This document shows, one piece after another, positions 39,188 to 50,244 of a DNA stretch of 64,000 bases. Below the pieces are notes generated by a model that did no database searches, was not told where the DNA came from, and was given only the letters and a program-made list of their open reading frames with translations. Where the stretch lies: NCBI GenBank assembly GCA_040954595.2, contig CM082590.2, positions 5,704,001 through 5,768,000 on the forward strand, in the 5' to 3' direction. Each line of letters opens with the position of its first letter. The stretch's first letter is position 1. The position numbers were made by a program, and so were the translations under genes. The DNA comes from Balanoglossus misakiensis (Eukaryota; Animalia; Hemichordata).

Positions 39188-42100
39188 TAGTGGAGCGGCC
39201 AAACCCTAATTTTCATAGCGATTGTGCATTTTGTGATAAAAGCACCAAACCTGGCTCAGATGTGTGTTAATGTGTACTAAACAAATTCAGATAGCGAGCC
39301 ACTAAAAATTTGTTGATGAGTTTCCATGGCAACTAATTTTTCAAAATGGCCACCAATACAGATAATTTCACCCACAGAATAACAAGTGTAAACACCAAAA
39401 TAAATTTAGATTACTATATTTGATACAAGGAACTGTGGAAAGAATGATTCGCTAAGATATTATGGTTACTTAACTACTTATAGGGGTAGGTAAGTTATCA
39501 AAACACAATGTAAAGGCGCAACTTTTAATCCCTTTGTTCTCGGATTAATAGGTGTCAAACCATACTGTCTATGGTCAAACATTAGGCTAATTGCGATATT
39601 TAACTTGCAGTACGTAAATTACACATATGAATCACAACAGTTTACCACCTTAGCTAATGATAATCATATAAACAGATCACCGATATATTCGAATTGCTCA
39701 CGGATGTGGGCTTGGCTTACTCGTGACTGGTAAAATTTCCTTATCAACTTGATAGGAGAGTCCACTGCCCGAAATAGACGTTAATCCAAACTGAGTCCGC
39801 GGTCGTCGCGTTTATTGGTCGACAGACATACACACAGGGCCTCAAACGCAATGCAATCTAAATGGACCCCGGGTAACGAACCATGTGAAAATGTCGGCTT
39901 TGTCAAAAGGCCATAAAGAAACTAAAGTCAAATTGCTGAAACGTTAATAATCGACCATATGTCTTGATACTTTAGATCATGTATCACTTCCACTCCAGCA
40001 ATTTTGGCGACTGTTAACAGAGTTGACCAAAAGATAAATGGTGTCTATGATTCCAAACTCATAAAAATTGCAACGGAGGACACAATATTATTTTATTTGT
40101 CGAGAATAGTGTTCATCATTCCATAAATATTGTCTAAATGTGTGTTAATTATAGAAACCCAACTAAATATACAAGTAGTTGGCCTTTAGATTGGTAAATG
40201 GAAAAGCAGGTCTTATTGCAATTTTCTGGGATTAGGTGGCCCAAGACTCCCAATAAGTCACTTGGAATTTATTTCCATTCTAATATCTCAATGTGTAAAG
40301 ATCTGACTTTGCAAGAGATATTACGGAAAGCTTCATTTCATTTAATAGCATGAAGTAAGCGAAATCTTACTGTTTACGGAAAAGCTGTGATCCTGGAGAC
40401 TTTTGGTGTTTTGAAGCTTATTTTCACTTTATCATTTTATTCTTTGATTTTGGGGGGTCGATAACATGAGCAATACAAAGCACTTCAAGCGACTTCATCA
40501 AAACGCTTTCCGAAGGACAAGTATTGGATGAAAAGTTTGAAACAAGATTTTGATTTTGATTCCTAACATCTATCTATGTACATGCAACCTAGACATAGTT
40601 ATTTTCTATAGTACCTTTAAAGGTCTCATGCCATGCTTTGGAAAGTTTTCATTTTTCCACGTCAAAAGCTCACCTAGGGTACCTGTCTATGCATTGCCTA
40701 TTGTGTCGGTTCCGAAAAATGTGCACGAATGCCGGAATTTGCCCCCTTTTTTCATGCCTGTGATCAGGGAGCCACTTCGCACTCGAGCCAGGCGAAGGTA
40801 TTTGCATATGGACAAACAAGTACACTACGTCCTAGTGTACCATTCTGCTAACAGTAAAGTGTAATTAGCAGTCCATGAGTAATTAAGTCCACAGACAAAG
40901 ACAAGCTATATAAACAGTGTTCAAAGCAAAGGAAGCCCTTGCCTTACATTACAGGCAGAGGATTTACAAAGGTGTGAAAGACTATTTGTCCACATCAAGA
41001 TAAGCCTTCGACTGAACTTCGAAAAGCCGAAAAAACTCGACTGAGTTGGGTTAGGGGTACACGCCCACCCGCCACTTTTACTTGCTTGTTATCTAAGCAC
41101 AAGGGGCAAAACGCATTGCAAGATAGTAACATACGTTAACTTCAAGACCCAAATAGTGATTTTACGCGTGGTTGTATAGGGCATGGCATTAGACCTTTAA
41201 CAAACCAATCGACTGTCATGATACTGGCTTTCTGCCACCATTTTATGGGGAAGAGATTCTTTATTTGCATGAATCATTTGATGAAGATAAAAAGCTAGAT
41301 TCTGCACTGATTCAAACTGGTCAGATCAATTTATAAGGTTGAGAAACGAGATGCCGTTTTTTTCCTGGGTTGACTAAATTTGGAATTTTGTTCATCAAAG
41401 ATATTTTTATGGGGAAAATAACGAATCAACTGAGCTTTACTTGTTAAACTTTTATCACAAAATGCCCAAATGTTATGAAAATTTTGTTTATGGCAGGCCA
41501 CTATTATAATATATCTATGGTTATACAGTGTTTTAACTAAGTTTGTTGTAATCGGGGTTATTACCAAACTTGAATTTCTCTAGCGACTGAATCTCGATCC
41601 TGTATTCACCCCTATAACTAGTTTAGTGATGATAAATATTTTGAAAATTACTCTTTAAGCAGTTATCTTGTTTCAAATATTGTAATAAGAATTTATTTTG
41701 GTGTTTTATAATTGTTATTTTGTGGGTGAGATTATCTGTATTGGCGGCCATTTTGAAAAAAATGAAAAAACGGTTGCCATGGAAACTCATCAACAGATAT
41801 TGTGGCTCGCTATCTGAATTTGTTTAGTACACATTAACGCACATCTGAGCCAAGTTTGGTGCTTTTATCACAAAATGCACAATCGATCTGTTATGCCGCT
41901 CCACTGTAGACATTAAACTGTGTTTTATCCTTTATTCTGTATTTATAACTATTTCGGTGACCACAAATACTTTGCAAATCACCCTTTCTATAGTTTCTGG
42001 TTTCAAATATCATAAACTGAAATTACCTTGGTCAGTTGGTGTTCTTTAGTCGTTATGTTGTGGGAAAGATTAATGTTGTGGCGGCGCGGCCATTTTGAAA

Positions 42101-42250
42101 AATAGTTGCCATGGCTACCCATTAACAGATATTAAGTGGCTCGCTATCTGAATTTGCTTAGTACACAGTAACACACATCCGAGCCAAGTTTGGTGCTTTT
42201 ATCACAAAATGCATAATCGCTATGAAAATTAGGGTTTGGCCGCTCCACTA
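39188..42250. mobile_element. Non-autonomous TIR DNA transposon (Academ-like: TAG termini, 3-bp TSD), 3063 bp
   Basis: TIR TAGTGGAGCGGCCAAACCCTAATTTTCATAGCGATT / AATCGCTATGAAAATTAGGGTTTGGCCGCTCCACTA. TSD TCT at 39185-39187 and 42251-42253. The empty site GCATCTCTACAGTGG is at ~37825. The superfamily call is inference. Confidence 0.88.
40000..40434 (+). pseudogene. Decayed L1/Tx1-clade LINE ORF2 (reverse transcriptase C-terminal part) fragment
   Basis: Manual translation gives ILATVNRVDQKINGV...LIKIATEDTILF (degenerate YADD region) ...IGKWK... KSLGIYFHSNISMCKDLTLQEILRKASFHLIA*SKRNLTVYGKAVILETFGVLKLIF. This fits the L1/Tx1 pattern KYLGI...W..R.LS..GK; stops and frameshifts are present. Confidence 0.78.
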
Positions 42251-43295
42251 TCTACAGTGGCTCACTCCGCATAGATACCAATTACCATATCAAAAGACAA
42301 TGACCTTTCTGACCTGTGCAAGTTCATTCAAGGTGACACAAATGTTGATTGTAAGCGAAGGGTGTTTCAGCCGCACTCAGTTTAATGTCATGCTAACCTT
42401 TGATCACTTGGTTTTTGTAACAATGATAGAAAATTATTCATATCATTCTTGTTAAATTGAATTGTTTAATGACCACATTCTTGAACACCAATTTTGTCTG
42501 CAACAAAGTCATTGTGTTATTTCTCACATACTCATGGTACCTACGGTACTACAGAGAAAAACTACAGAGGGAAGCTCCGTATATTTCTGTATGCAGAATG
42601 AGAAAATAAAGAAAATATATGAATGTGATTGTCAAAAGATTGTGAACTTTGACCCCAGTGGTGGTGATACACTCAGGGATAATGGCTATCCATGCATGTT
42701 CCCAAAACTATCACAGAGAAGGGGATGCTTTCCAGTTATCATCACAATCTTTGAAAATGATAAAAATTGGTACTTCTTCCAACAATGTTACAACGAGATT
42801 TGAAATACAGATGGGTGTCTATACCCAAGTTCTTTGTATTAGAAACAATGTTATTGCTTTGTATTTGTATTATGGCATTATCTGTCCCAGTTTCTGTAAA
42901 TTAGGCGCTAAGGGGGCTTTTATTGTCTGATTTTCTTCTATATTTTGCAAATTGTCTATTTTTAGTGTTGAAAAGTCATGGAAAAGGATCTTGAAATTTT
43001 TCGGAGAAGCAATGTCCATTTTCCCTGGGAGTGCCACCACCGGTTTTGTATTTCTGTTTTCCTGTTGCCCTTTGGAGATTTTGCTGTTTTGTCTTGGAGA
43101 AGAGTATTTGTGTTGTCTTTGTTTACTCACAGTATGATGTCATTATTTTATTGACAGTGACATGATCATGTTTTGTCTGCATAATTCTCTATCAATGAAG
43201 ATTTCAATGTTTTCCTTTGTTTTATATTTCTGTTGCTTATGATTGCATTTTATGAATATTTTAATAATAGAAGTGTTTCTTGTTGAATGTTACAG

Positions 43296-43394
43296 GATCT
43301 CATCGATGCCGCAAGGAATGGTGACGTTGCAAAGATTCAGTCGCTGATAGCTGATGGATATGATGTCAATGCAAGGGGTAAATACCTGGGATGG
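43296..43394 (+). CDS. Ankyrin-repeat exon (DLIDAARNGDVAKIQSLIADGYDVNARGKYLGW)
   Basis: 99-bp phase-0/0 exon between TTACAG and GTAAGT. It fits the ankyrin consensus L..AA..G....V..L...GADVN. Confidence 0.88.
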
Positions 43395-44237
43395 GTAAGT
43401 GTTTTGTATTGACCGATGTTTGATACAGAGTCGTCGCTCAAGGCTAGCGTTTGATATTTTATTATTCATGTGCAGTACACGCAAAGAGCTTAAATAAATT
43501 TACCTGAAATTGTATTTCAATTACATACAACAAAATAACGATAGACACTCTTTCTGGTAAGCAACAACTTTTAATGGAAATATAATTTTAAAATAATTTT
43601 TGTTGAAAGAAAACAGATTTTTGATCCAAACAAGATTTTTCCTTACGTCAATTCTTCCACGAAAAACACACTTACCACAACACTGATACTGGGATGTCCA
43701 CTGCAAACAGTTCGCACCATGTTGAGTGCGCCCTCAACCAATCTTTTCTAGGTATTTTTAGGGGTCAACTCAATTTCTCCTTGGTGGGAATCAATTCTCA
43801 ACTGGGGCGTATTTCAAGGTCCAACGCACTTTCCTGTTCGCAAATGCCTCGTTGCAGTTCACAACACCGCTTTGTATAGCACCCCTGATGCTGTTACTGT
43901 AGTAGCACTAAAGCTGAACCACATTGAACAAAACTCCTGTAAACTGATACCATGTTCACACTGGGTAAAACTATATCAAAATGTTTTCGAGACACTACCG
44001 GTACTTGTCATTTGTAACCACAGAATTAATCCTTTGAAAGAACCACGATCGAGGGTTCGCTGCATGGTGCGTTATAATATTTGTTGTGTTTAATGTGGTT
44101 CAGCTACACACATGTATTTTGGTCATAGAGAATTGTCACTCAACCTCAGAAAAAAATTACCATTATTATGATCATTCGGTTTCAAATCAATCTTTGTCTA
44201 TTACTGAAATAGCACACCATCTTAAATCAAAACCATT

Positions 44238-46113
44238 TTTAGGTCCCATTTGGTTATGTAATATACCATGGGACCTTATGGAATCGGTTGCGTCTGTATG
44301 TATGGATGTATGTCTGTATGTCTGTATGTAGGCCAAAACAGAGTGGTGGTCGCGCTCATGAATATTAATATTCATGAGCTCGATGTAAAGTGTTATCGAC
44401 CTGACCTAATTAGGTGACCTTTGACAGTATGCGTCTTTCCTTTGCTTTGTAAACCCGGAAGACAGGCAATTTTTCACCGGACATTTTCATGACGGCGACA
44501 TCAACAATGATGACGATTTTGGGGGTTTCAAAGACTACAATTTTATACCGATCGAGGCCATTAGCAATCCCGACCGTGACAACGACTTTGGAGTCGATCT
44601 CCAGAGTGGATGGTCACGCGCGATCGCGGGACCCAGCCAGCCGGCTGCATCGAGCTATGGACCCGATGTACCGCGCACGGTCAGTCGAACGCGCGCGACC
44701 TTGTTATCGACAGTTTAGCGGGTTTCTTTGTTGACTCTCTCCTCCCATGTGTTTGATTTCCGCCGAAAAAGAAAATTTCTCACGCCAAAACGCGCGTATC
44801 ACAGCGTACAATAGCAATGGTCGCGACCTTTTTGTCCTGGTTGCGGCCTGAAGAGTGCCGGTCGCGCGCGACCGGCGCCTACCAGCGTGGGCAGATCCCT
44901 GTGTATGTATACATGGATGTATGTATGTCTGTATGTCCGTCCACATCAAAAACTTGAAAACCGCTGCGCGTGTAACCTCGATATTTGGTGTGCAGATGCA
45001 TTACGAGCTGTAGATGGGAGTTTGTTTAAAGGAAGTTGTCATTGCCAAAAATATGCAAATTAGCTGGGAAAACGTGAAATTGGTCAAAACTCAGAAACTC
45101 AACAACCACTGGTCATATTGATTTGAAAATTAGTCTTTTGTTAACCTCACATGGTTCTGTATGTTTGAGCTAAAAGAGTGAATTTACTATTTTTTATGCA
45201 TTTTTTTGTCTTTTTTTACATTTTTGGTAAAAAATCTACTTTTCTGGAATTGATCAGCCGACTTCTTTGACATTTAGTATGAAGCTTCATATCTGTGATC
45301 TGAGTTACTATAGTTTTATTTAAACTGTTGCAAAATTTGCATATTTATAACTTTGGAGCAATTTTTGCCTTTTTGATCAATTTTCTTTTTTTCTGTAAAA
45401 TCGCTTGTAAGATTGCATTGAAATTTGGTAAGATTTGCATGTATGTTTTTCAAATCAACGTGAAGAATTCAATAGTATATTTTTGGGGTGATTTTTGCCA
45501 CTTTTGGTCAATACTCTTTCTCAGACCCTCTACCCCCATTACTTTCCTGGGTGAGTTCTCATGATGATTTACAAAACCTTTGATTAAAGTGTCAATGTTT
45601 TGTGGGGGCAATATCTTGTATTTTGGGGGCATATTTTCGAATTTTGATAAAAAATTATATTTCTCAGAAAGTGTACACTGTATGGCTGATTATTTTAAAA
45701 TTTGAGTCGTAAGTTAATGGGATTGGCTTCTTTAGAATTATTATGGAATCATATCATAGGTAATTTGGAACTTCTATATTTTGTAGGATATTTTGTCTTA
45801 TACCGCAATTTTTTTTATCTCATGAAGAGCAATTACCACTACATAGTTCTTTGTATAAATAAGAGAGGCACCCCTACTGTCATTTGTATACACAGCAAAT
45901 TCCTGCATGTTTACATAACTGGCTAACTATTAAAGAGACCAGCTGTTCTATTTGGCGTATGTACAGGACATCATTGGCAGCTTATGGGTCAGTCAGTGTT
46001 TTTCTGTTGATCTCTCTATGTGTGTGTGTGCGTCGGTGTGTATATGTACTCCAGTGTAGACTTCTTCTGTGTAATCCCTAAATGGGACCACCGTGTCCTT
46101 GACGCGAATTTTT
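44238..46113 (+). mobile_element. HINE/DINE-like element of a separate family with a (TGTA/TCTG)n microsatellite
   Basis: 5' TTTTTAGGTCCCAT...ATGGGACC inverted repeat, then the microsatellite. The 3' end has the subterminal AATGGGACC, the stem-loop CGTGTC-CTT-GACGCG and TTTTT. This is the standard HINE architecture. Confidence 0.82.
44331..44901. mobile_element. GC-rich insertion splitting the HINE microsatellite; one hAT-like end (…GATCCCTG)
   Basis: TGTATGTA lies on both sides, and GTCGCG/CGCGAC motifs are repeated. Only the right end resembles a CAGGG-type TIR. Confidence 0.5.
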
Positions 46114-46197
46114 ATAGAGTGACTGAAGCTCATTGTGATGAAATTCCTAGAGCTTCTTCATCAAGCAGTTGACTCCCATTCAAGTATCAGATTAATT

Positions 46198-46446
46198 CCT
46201 CCGAGTCTGAGGTTGTAGCCCCTGGATTGCCTTTCTTGTTTCAACTGATCTTCCTTTAAATCGCCTAGCTGTTGTCGGGCGACTTGGAGTTTCAAATCCA
46301 ATTCTACCAACTGCTTTCTCATCGTGTCGTTTTCTTTTTTGACTGAGTTGATTTCGCCGTCTGAAAAGTTCAGCGCCGTTTCAAATTCGCGTTGGGTTTC
46401 CTCCATTTTCTCTAGCCTCTCAAGCATTTTCAGCTGAAAGTCGTTA
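46198..46446 (-). pseudogene. LINE ORF1 fragment (L1/Tx1-type coiled coil plus start of RRM), downstream part
   Basis: NNDFQLKMLERLEKMEETQREFETALNFSDGEINSVKKENDTMRKQLVELDLKLQVARQQLGDLKEDQLKQERQSRGYNLRLGGI is a heptad coiled coil followed by the E..SR..NLR..GI motif of L1-like ORF1p. Confidence 0.85.
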
Positions 46447-46506
46447 TTAGGGTTTCGAGACCAGAGGGGTCTTGAAACCCTCTTGAAATCGTGTTGTTTT
46501 TTATTA

Positions 46507-48146
46507 TTAGGGCCCAAGCCAAGCAGGCTTGGGCCCTATTGGTATTACTGGCTTTTTTCTTCTTCTTCTTCAGTCGTTTTTTCGGCCAGCTAGATCTGGA
46601 AAACGGCTGAACCTACCAATTTCAAACTTGGCACAATGGTGCAGGCCAATGAGAGCTAGTGCAGTACCCTTGTGAATGTTTAATTAGTCACGTGACCTGA
46701 TGACCATATATGGGCAAAATTTTCAAATCGGCCTAATTTGCATATGAATGAAGATATCAAAATTCTGTTAAGATACTTTGTGGGCCATATGGCCAGGGTT
46801 CTACATGCCAAATTTCAAGGCCGTGGGCCAAGTCCATTATGAGAAGAAGATTTTTAAGTATTATTTTTCATATTTTTCGCCCAAGCCATGGGCCTATACT
46901 TCACATAGTTAAGCTATGACCACATATTATTTTGGATAAATATACATACATATCTCAAAATCTGTTCAGCCGATCAACTCCAACTTTGGTGTGCAGCCAA
47001 CCTAGCATTTGTCAATCATTTTAAGCGAAAAAAAATAATATGAAAAATCAACCGATTTTTTTATATTAATTTTTATATTAAATTTATACCTTTAGTTATA
47101 CCTCCATAGTTAAGCTATGTCCACGTCCATTGTACACTGAACTTCGCCAGAAATATTTTTCGCAATTTTATTTTAATCCCCCATTGGTATATAAGTTTAA
47201 GCTACTCTTAACATCCCAACATACAACTACACTGAGAAATCTTAGTAGGTTTATCTTTTATGCCACCAAACTTAGAGAGGTTACCATGAACGACACTTAA
47301 TACATTCGTTTATTATTTATGTATTTTTTGCTCTGCTGTGTTCAACATCTCTAGCGATAAGCTAACAATTTATACTTACTGATTTGTACATTTTGGCCGG
47401 AGGCCACCAGTACTGAAATAAAATCTATCTATCTATCTATGTCCACGTTTTATTGTGGAATTCTGGTCTGTGCAATGGTTCTGTAAAGTGGCTGTCTTTT
47501 GGCCAGTGAGCAGAATGGGACCAAAATAAAAGGCAATATTTTGGGCTCACCTGTAACACCTGCTTAACTCATTAATTATGTGCATACCTAATTCCGGGCT
47601 AATTAATAGGGCTAGAGGTTTCGTTCTTGTGGGACATGGACCAGTATTGGGTCAATAATTTTTTCCCAAATCTTGGGTGACCTCAGGTGACCTTTGACCT
47701 ACTTTCCTATATCTCGGCATCCAGAGCAGGTACAGACTTGGCGTTTGGAGGGTTGGGACTAAAATTGAAAAGCCAAGATGGGGGTCACCTGTGACACCTG
47801 CATATCTCATTAATTATGTGCATACCTAATTCCAGGCTAACCAATAGGGTTAGAGGTTTGATTTTTGTTTAACATGGACCAGTATGGAGTCAAAATTTCT
47901 TGCCCAAATTTTGCATGACCTCAGGTGACCTTGGAGGGATGGAACTCCTGATGGAGCCTTACACTTTACCTCATTAATTATGCGCATACCTAATTGTAGG
48001 CGAACCAATTGGGCTAGAGATTTTGTTCTTGTGGGACATGGACCAGTATGGGGTCAAAATTTCTTGCCCAAATATTAGGTGACCACTTATGACCTTTGAC
48101 CTTCGGCTTAAGCTTGGGCCCGTCATCGCTGCTTGCAGCTATATTT
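46507..48146 (+). mobile_element. HINE (GGGCCCAAGC type), element B
   Basis: Head TAGGGCCCAAGCCAAGCAGGCTTGGGCCCTA, (TTC)n, ~238-bp core repeats, tail GCTTGGGCCC...GCTGCTTGCAGCTATATTT. Confidence 0.88.
47127..47436 (+). mobile_element. 5'-truncated RTEX-like non-LTR retrotransposon 3' end
   Basis: The open frame 47127-47300 reads PLYTELRQKYFSQFYFNPPLVYKFKLLLTSQHTTTLRNLSRFIFYATKLREVTMNDT*, fitting the CP.Y..LR...KF..LL...L..FI..A.K.R ORF2 terminus. AATAAA and a (TCTA)n tail follow. The 12-bp TSD CTATGTCCACGT is at 47115-47126 and 47437-47448. Confidence 0.85.
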
Positions 48147-48206
48147 ATTATTATTAGGGCCCAAGCGCATGCAGCGCTTGGGCCCTATTGGTATTATCCT
48201 CTTTTT

Positions 48207-50244
48207 TTAGGGCACAAGCCAAGCAGGCTTGTGCCCTATTGGTATTACTGGGGTTTTTCATCTTTTTTTTTTTTTTTTTTTTTTTTTTCTTGTGTAGTTT
48301 TTTTGCTCAGGTTGATCTTGAAAACGGCTGAACCTACAAATCTCAAACTTGGCACAATGGTGCAGGTCTATGAGAGCTGGTGCAGTATCCCTGTGAATGT
48401 TTAATTAGTCATGTGACCTGATGACCATATATGGGCAAAGTTTTCAAATGGGCCTAATTTGCATATGAATGGAGATATCAAAATTCTTTTAGCGATTTTT
48501 GCAGACCATGTGGTCAGTGTCCTACATGCCAAATGTCAAGGCCGTGGGCCAAGTCTATTTTGAGAAGATTTTTTTATTTTTCATATTTTTGAACCCAGCC
48601 ATGGGCCTATACTTTCTATAGTTAAGCTATGACGCTATGTCCACGTCGGCTGTGCAATGGTCCTGTACATTCTCACACTCCTGGCCGCTGGGAGTGTGGG
48701 ATAGAGAGTGTGGGATCAAATCGATCCCACACTCTGTGTTAATGCGCACACAGACAACCGTTTTCTGACACGAGCTCTGATTGGATAATGATATTCATAC
48801 CCCTCAGAACAAGCAAATATTATCCAATTGTGTGATGTGTAGTACACAAACCGGAACTACAATGTGATCAGGCCACGTGCAGACGACAGTGGCGTAAGTG
48901 GTTGGCGATAGACTCGCAAAAAAACGGTTGTATTTTCTAGATATCGCGCGAATTTATGCCACAGGAAACAATCTCCATATTTTAATGTGTTGGGCACATT
49001 TTTGTAGCATGTGTGTTCTGTAAACTCGTGATGAAATGGGGACTATGTTTTGCAGGGCGGATTAATATATGGCCAGTCATGCAGTTATCAGTTGGTATTT
49101 TATACATTTAGTTCTTTTATTGTAAATAAACGTTAATATCGCAAATTTCTGGTCGTGTGAGAAAAAGAATCTCACACACCAAGGACCTGGGATCGTATTT
49201 CTCACACTCGTCGGGGATTTTCTGTCCCACACTCGCCTGCGGCTCGTGTGGGACAAAAAATCCCCAACTCGTGTGAGAAATACCATCCCAGGTCCTTGGG
49301 AGTGTGAGATTCTATTAGTGACTCTCTATTGGCCCGTGAGCAGAATGGGACCACAATAAAAGGCAAAATTTTGGGCTCACCTGTAACACCTGCTTAACTC
49401 ATTAATTATGTGCATACCTAATTCCAGGCTAACTAATAAGGCTAGAGGTTTTGTTCTTGTGGGACATGGATCAGTATGGCATCAAAATTTTTTGCCCAAA
49501 TTTTGGGTGACCTCAGGTGACCTTTGACCTACTTTCCTATATCTCGGCATCCACAGCAGGTACTGACTTGGCGTTTGGAGGGTTGTGACTAAAATTGAAA
49601 AGACAAAATTAGGGGTCACCTGTGACACCTGCTTATCTCATTAATTATGTGCATACCTAATTCCAGGCTAGCCAATAGGGCTAGAGGTTTGATTTTTGTT
49701 GAACATGGACCAGTATGGGGTTAAAATTTCTTGCCCAATTTTGGGTGACCTCAGGTGACCTTTGACCTACTTTACCATATCTCGGCAACCAGCGCAGATA
49801 CAGCCTTGGCATTTGGAGGCATGGAACTCCTAATGAAGCCTTATACTTTACCTCATTAATTATGTGCATATCTAATTCTAGGCGAACCAATAGGGTTAGA
49901 GGCCTGATTTTTGTTGGACCTGGACTGGTATGGGGTCAAAATTTTTTGCTAAACTTTCGGATGGCCTCAGGTGACCTTTGACCTACTTTCTTATATCTCG
50001 GCATCCAGAACAGGTACAGCATTTGTGTTTGGATGGATCGAACTATTGATAGAGTCTTACACTTTACATCATTAATTATGCGCATATCTAATTTCAGACA
50101 AACCAATAGGGCTAGAGGTCTGGTTTCTGTTGGACCTGGACTAGTATGGGGATCAAAACTTTTAGCCCAATTTTTGGGTGACCACATATGACCTTTGACC
50201 TTCGGCTTAAGCTTGTGCCCGTCATCGCTGCTTGCAGCTATATT
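48207..50244 (+). mobile_element. HINE (GGGCACAAGC type), element D
   Basis: Head TAGGGCACAAGCCAAGCAGGCTTGTGCCCTA and tail GCTTGTGCCC...GCTGCTTGCAGCTATATTT. Closely similar to 61492-62633. Confidence 0.88.
48670..49316. mobile_element. Non-autonomous element with a 148-bp terminal hairpin (possibly Crypton-like)
   Basis: It splits CTGTACAGTGACTC (intact at ~61938) with no clear TSD. The hairpin runs 49166-49313 (AGAATCTCACACACCAAGGACCTGGGAT ... ATCCCAGGTCCTTGGGAGTGTGAGATTCT). Short hairpins lie at the other end (48675-48745). Confidence 0.8.

Noticed and set aside
42870-43130. 86-aa minus-strand ORF (MSKQRQHKYSS...)
   Set aside because: It is flanked by in-frame stops, antisense within an intron, and has no recognisable motif or splice signals.
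46161-46517. 118-aa ORF as an intact gene
   Set aside because: It is chimeric. The start comes from HINE heads, the middle is LINE ORF1 and the end is host sequence.
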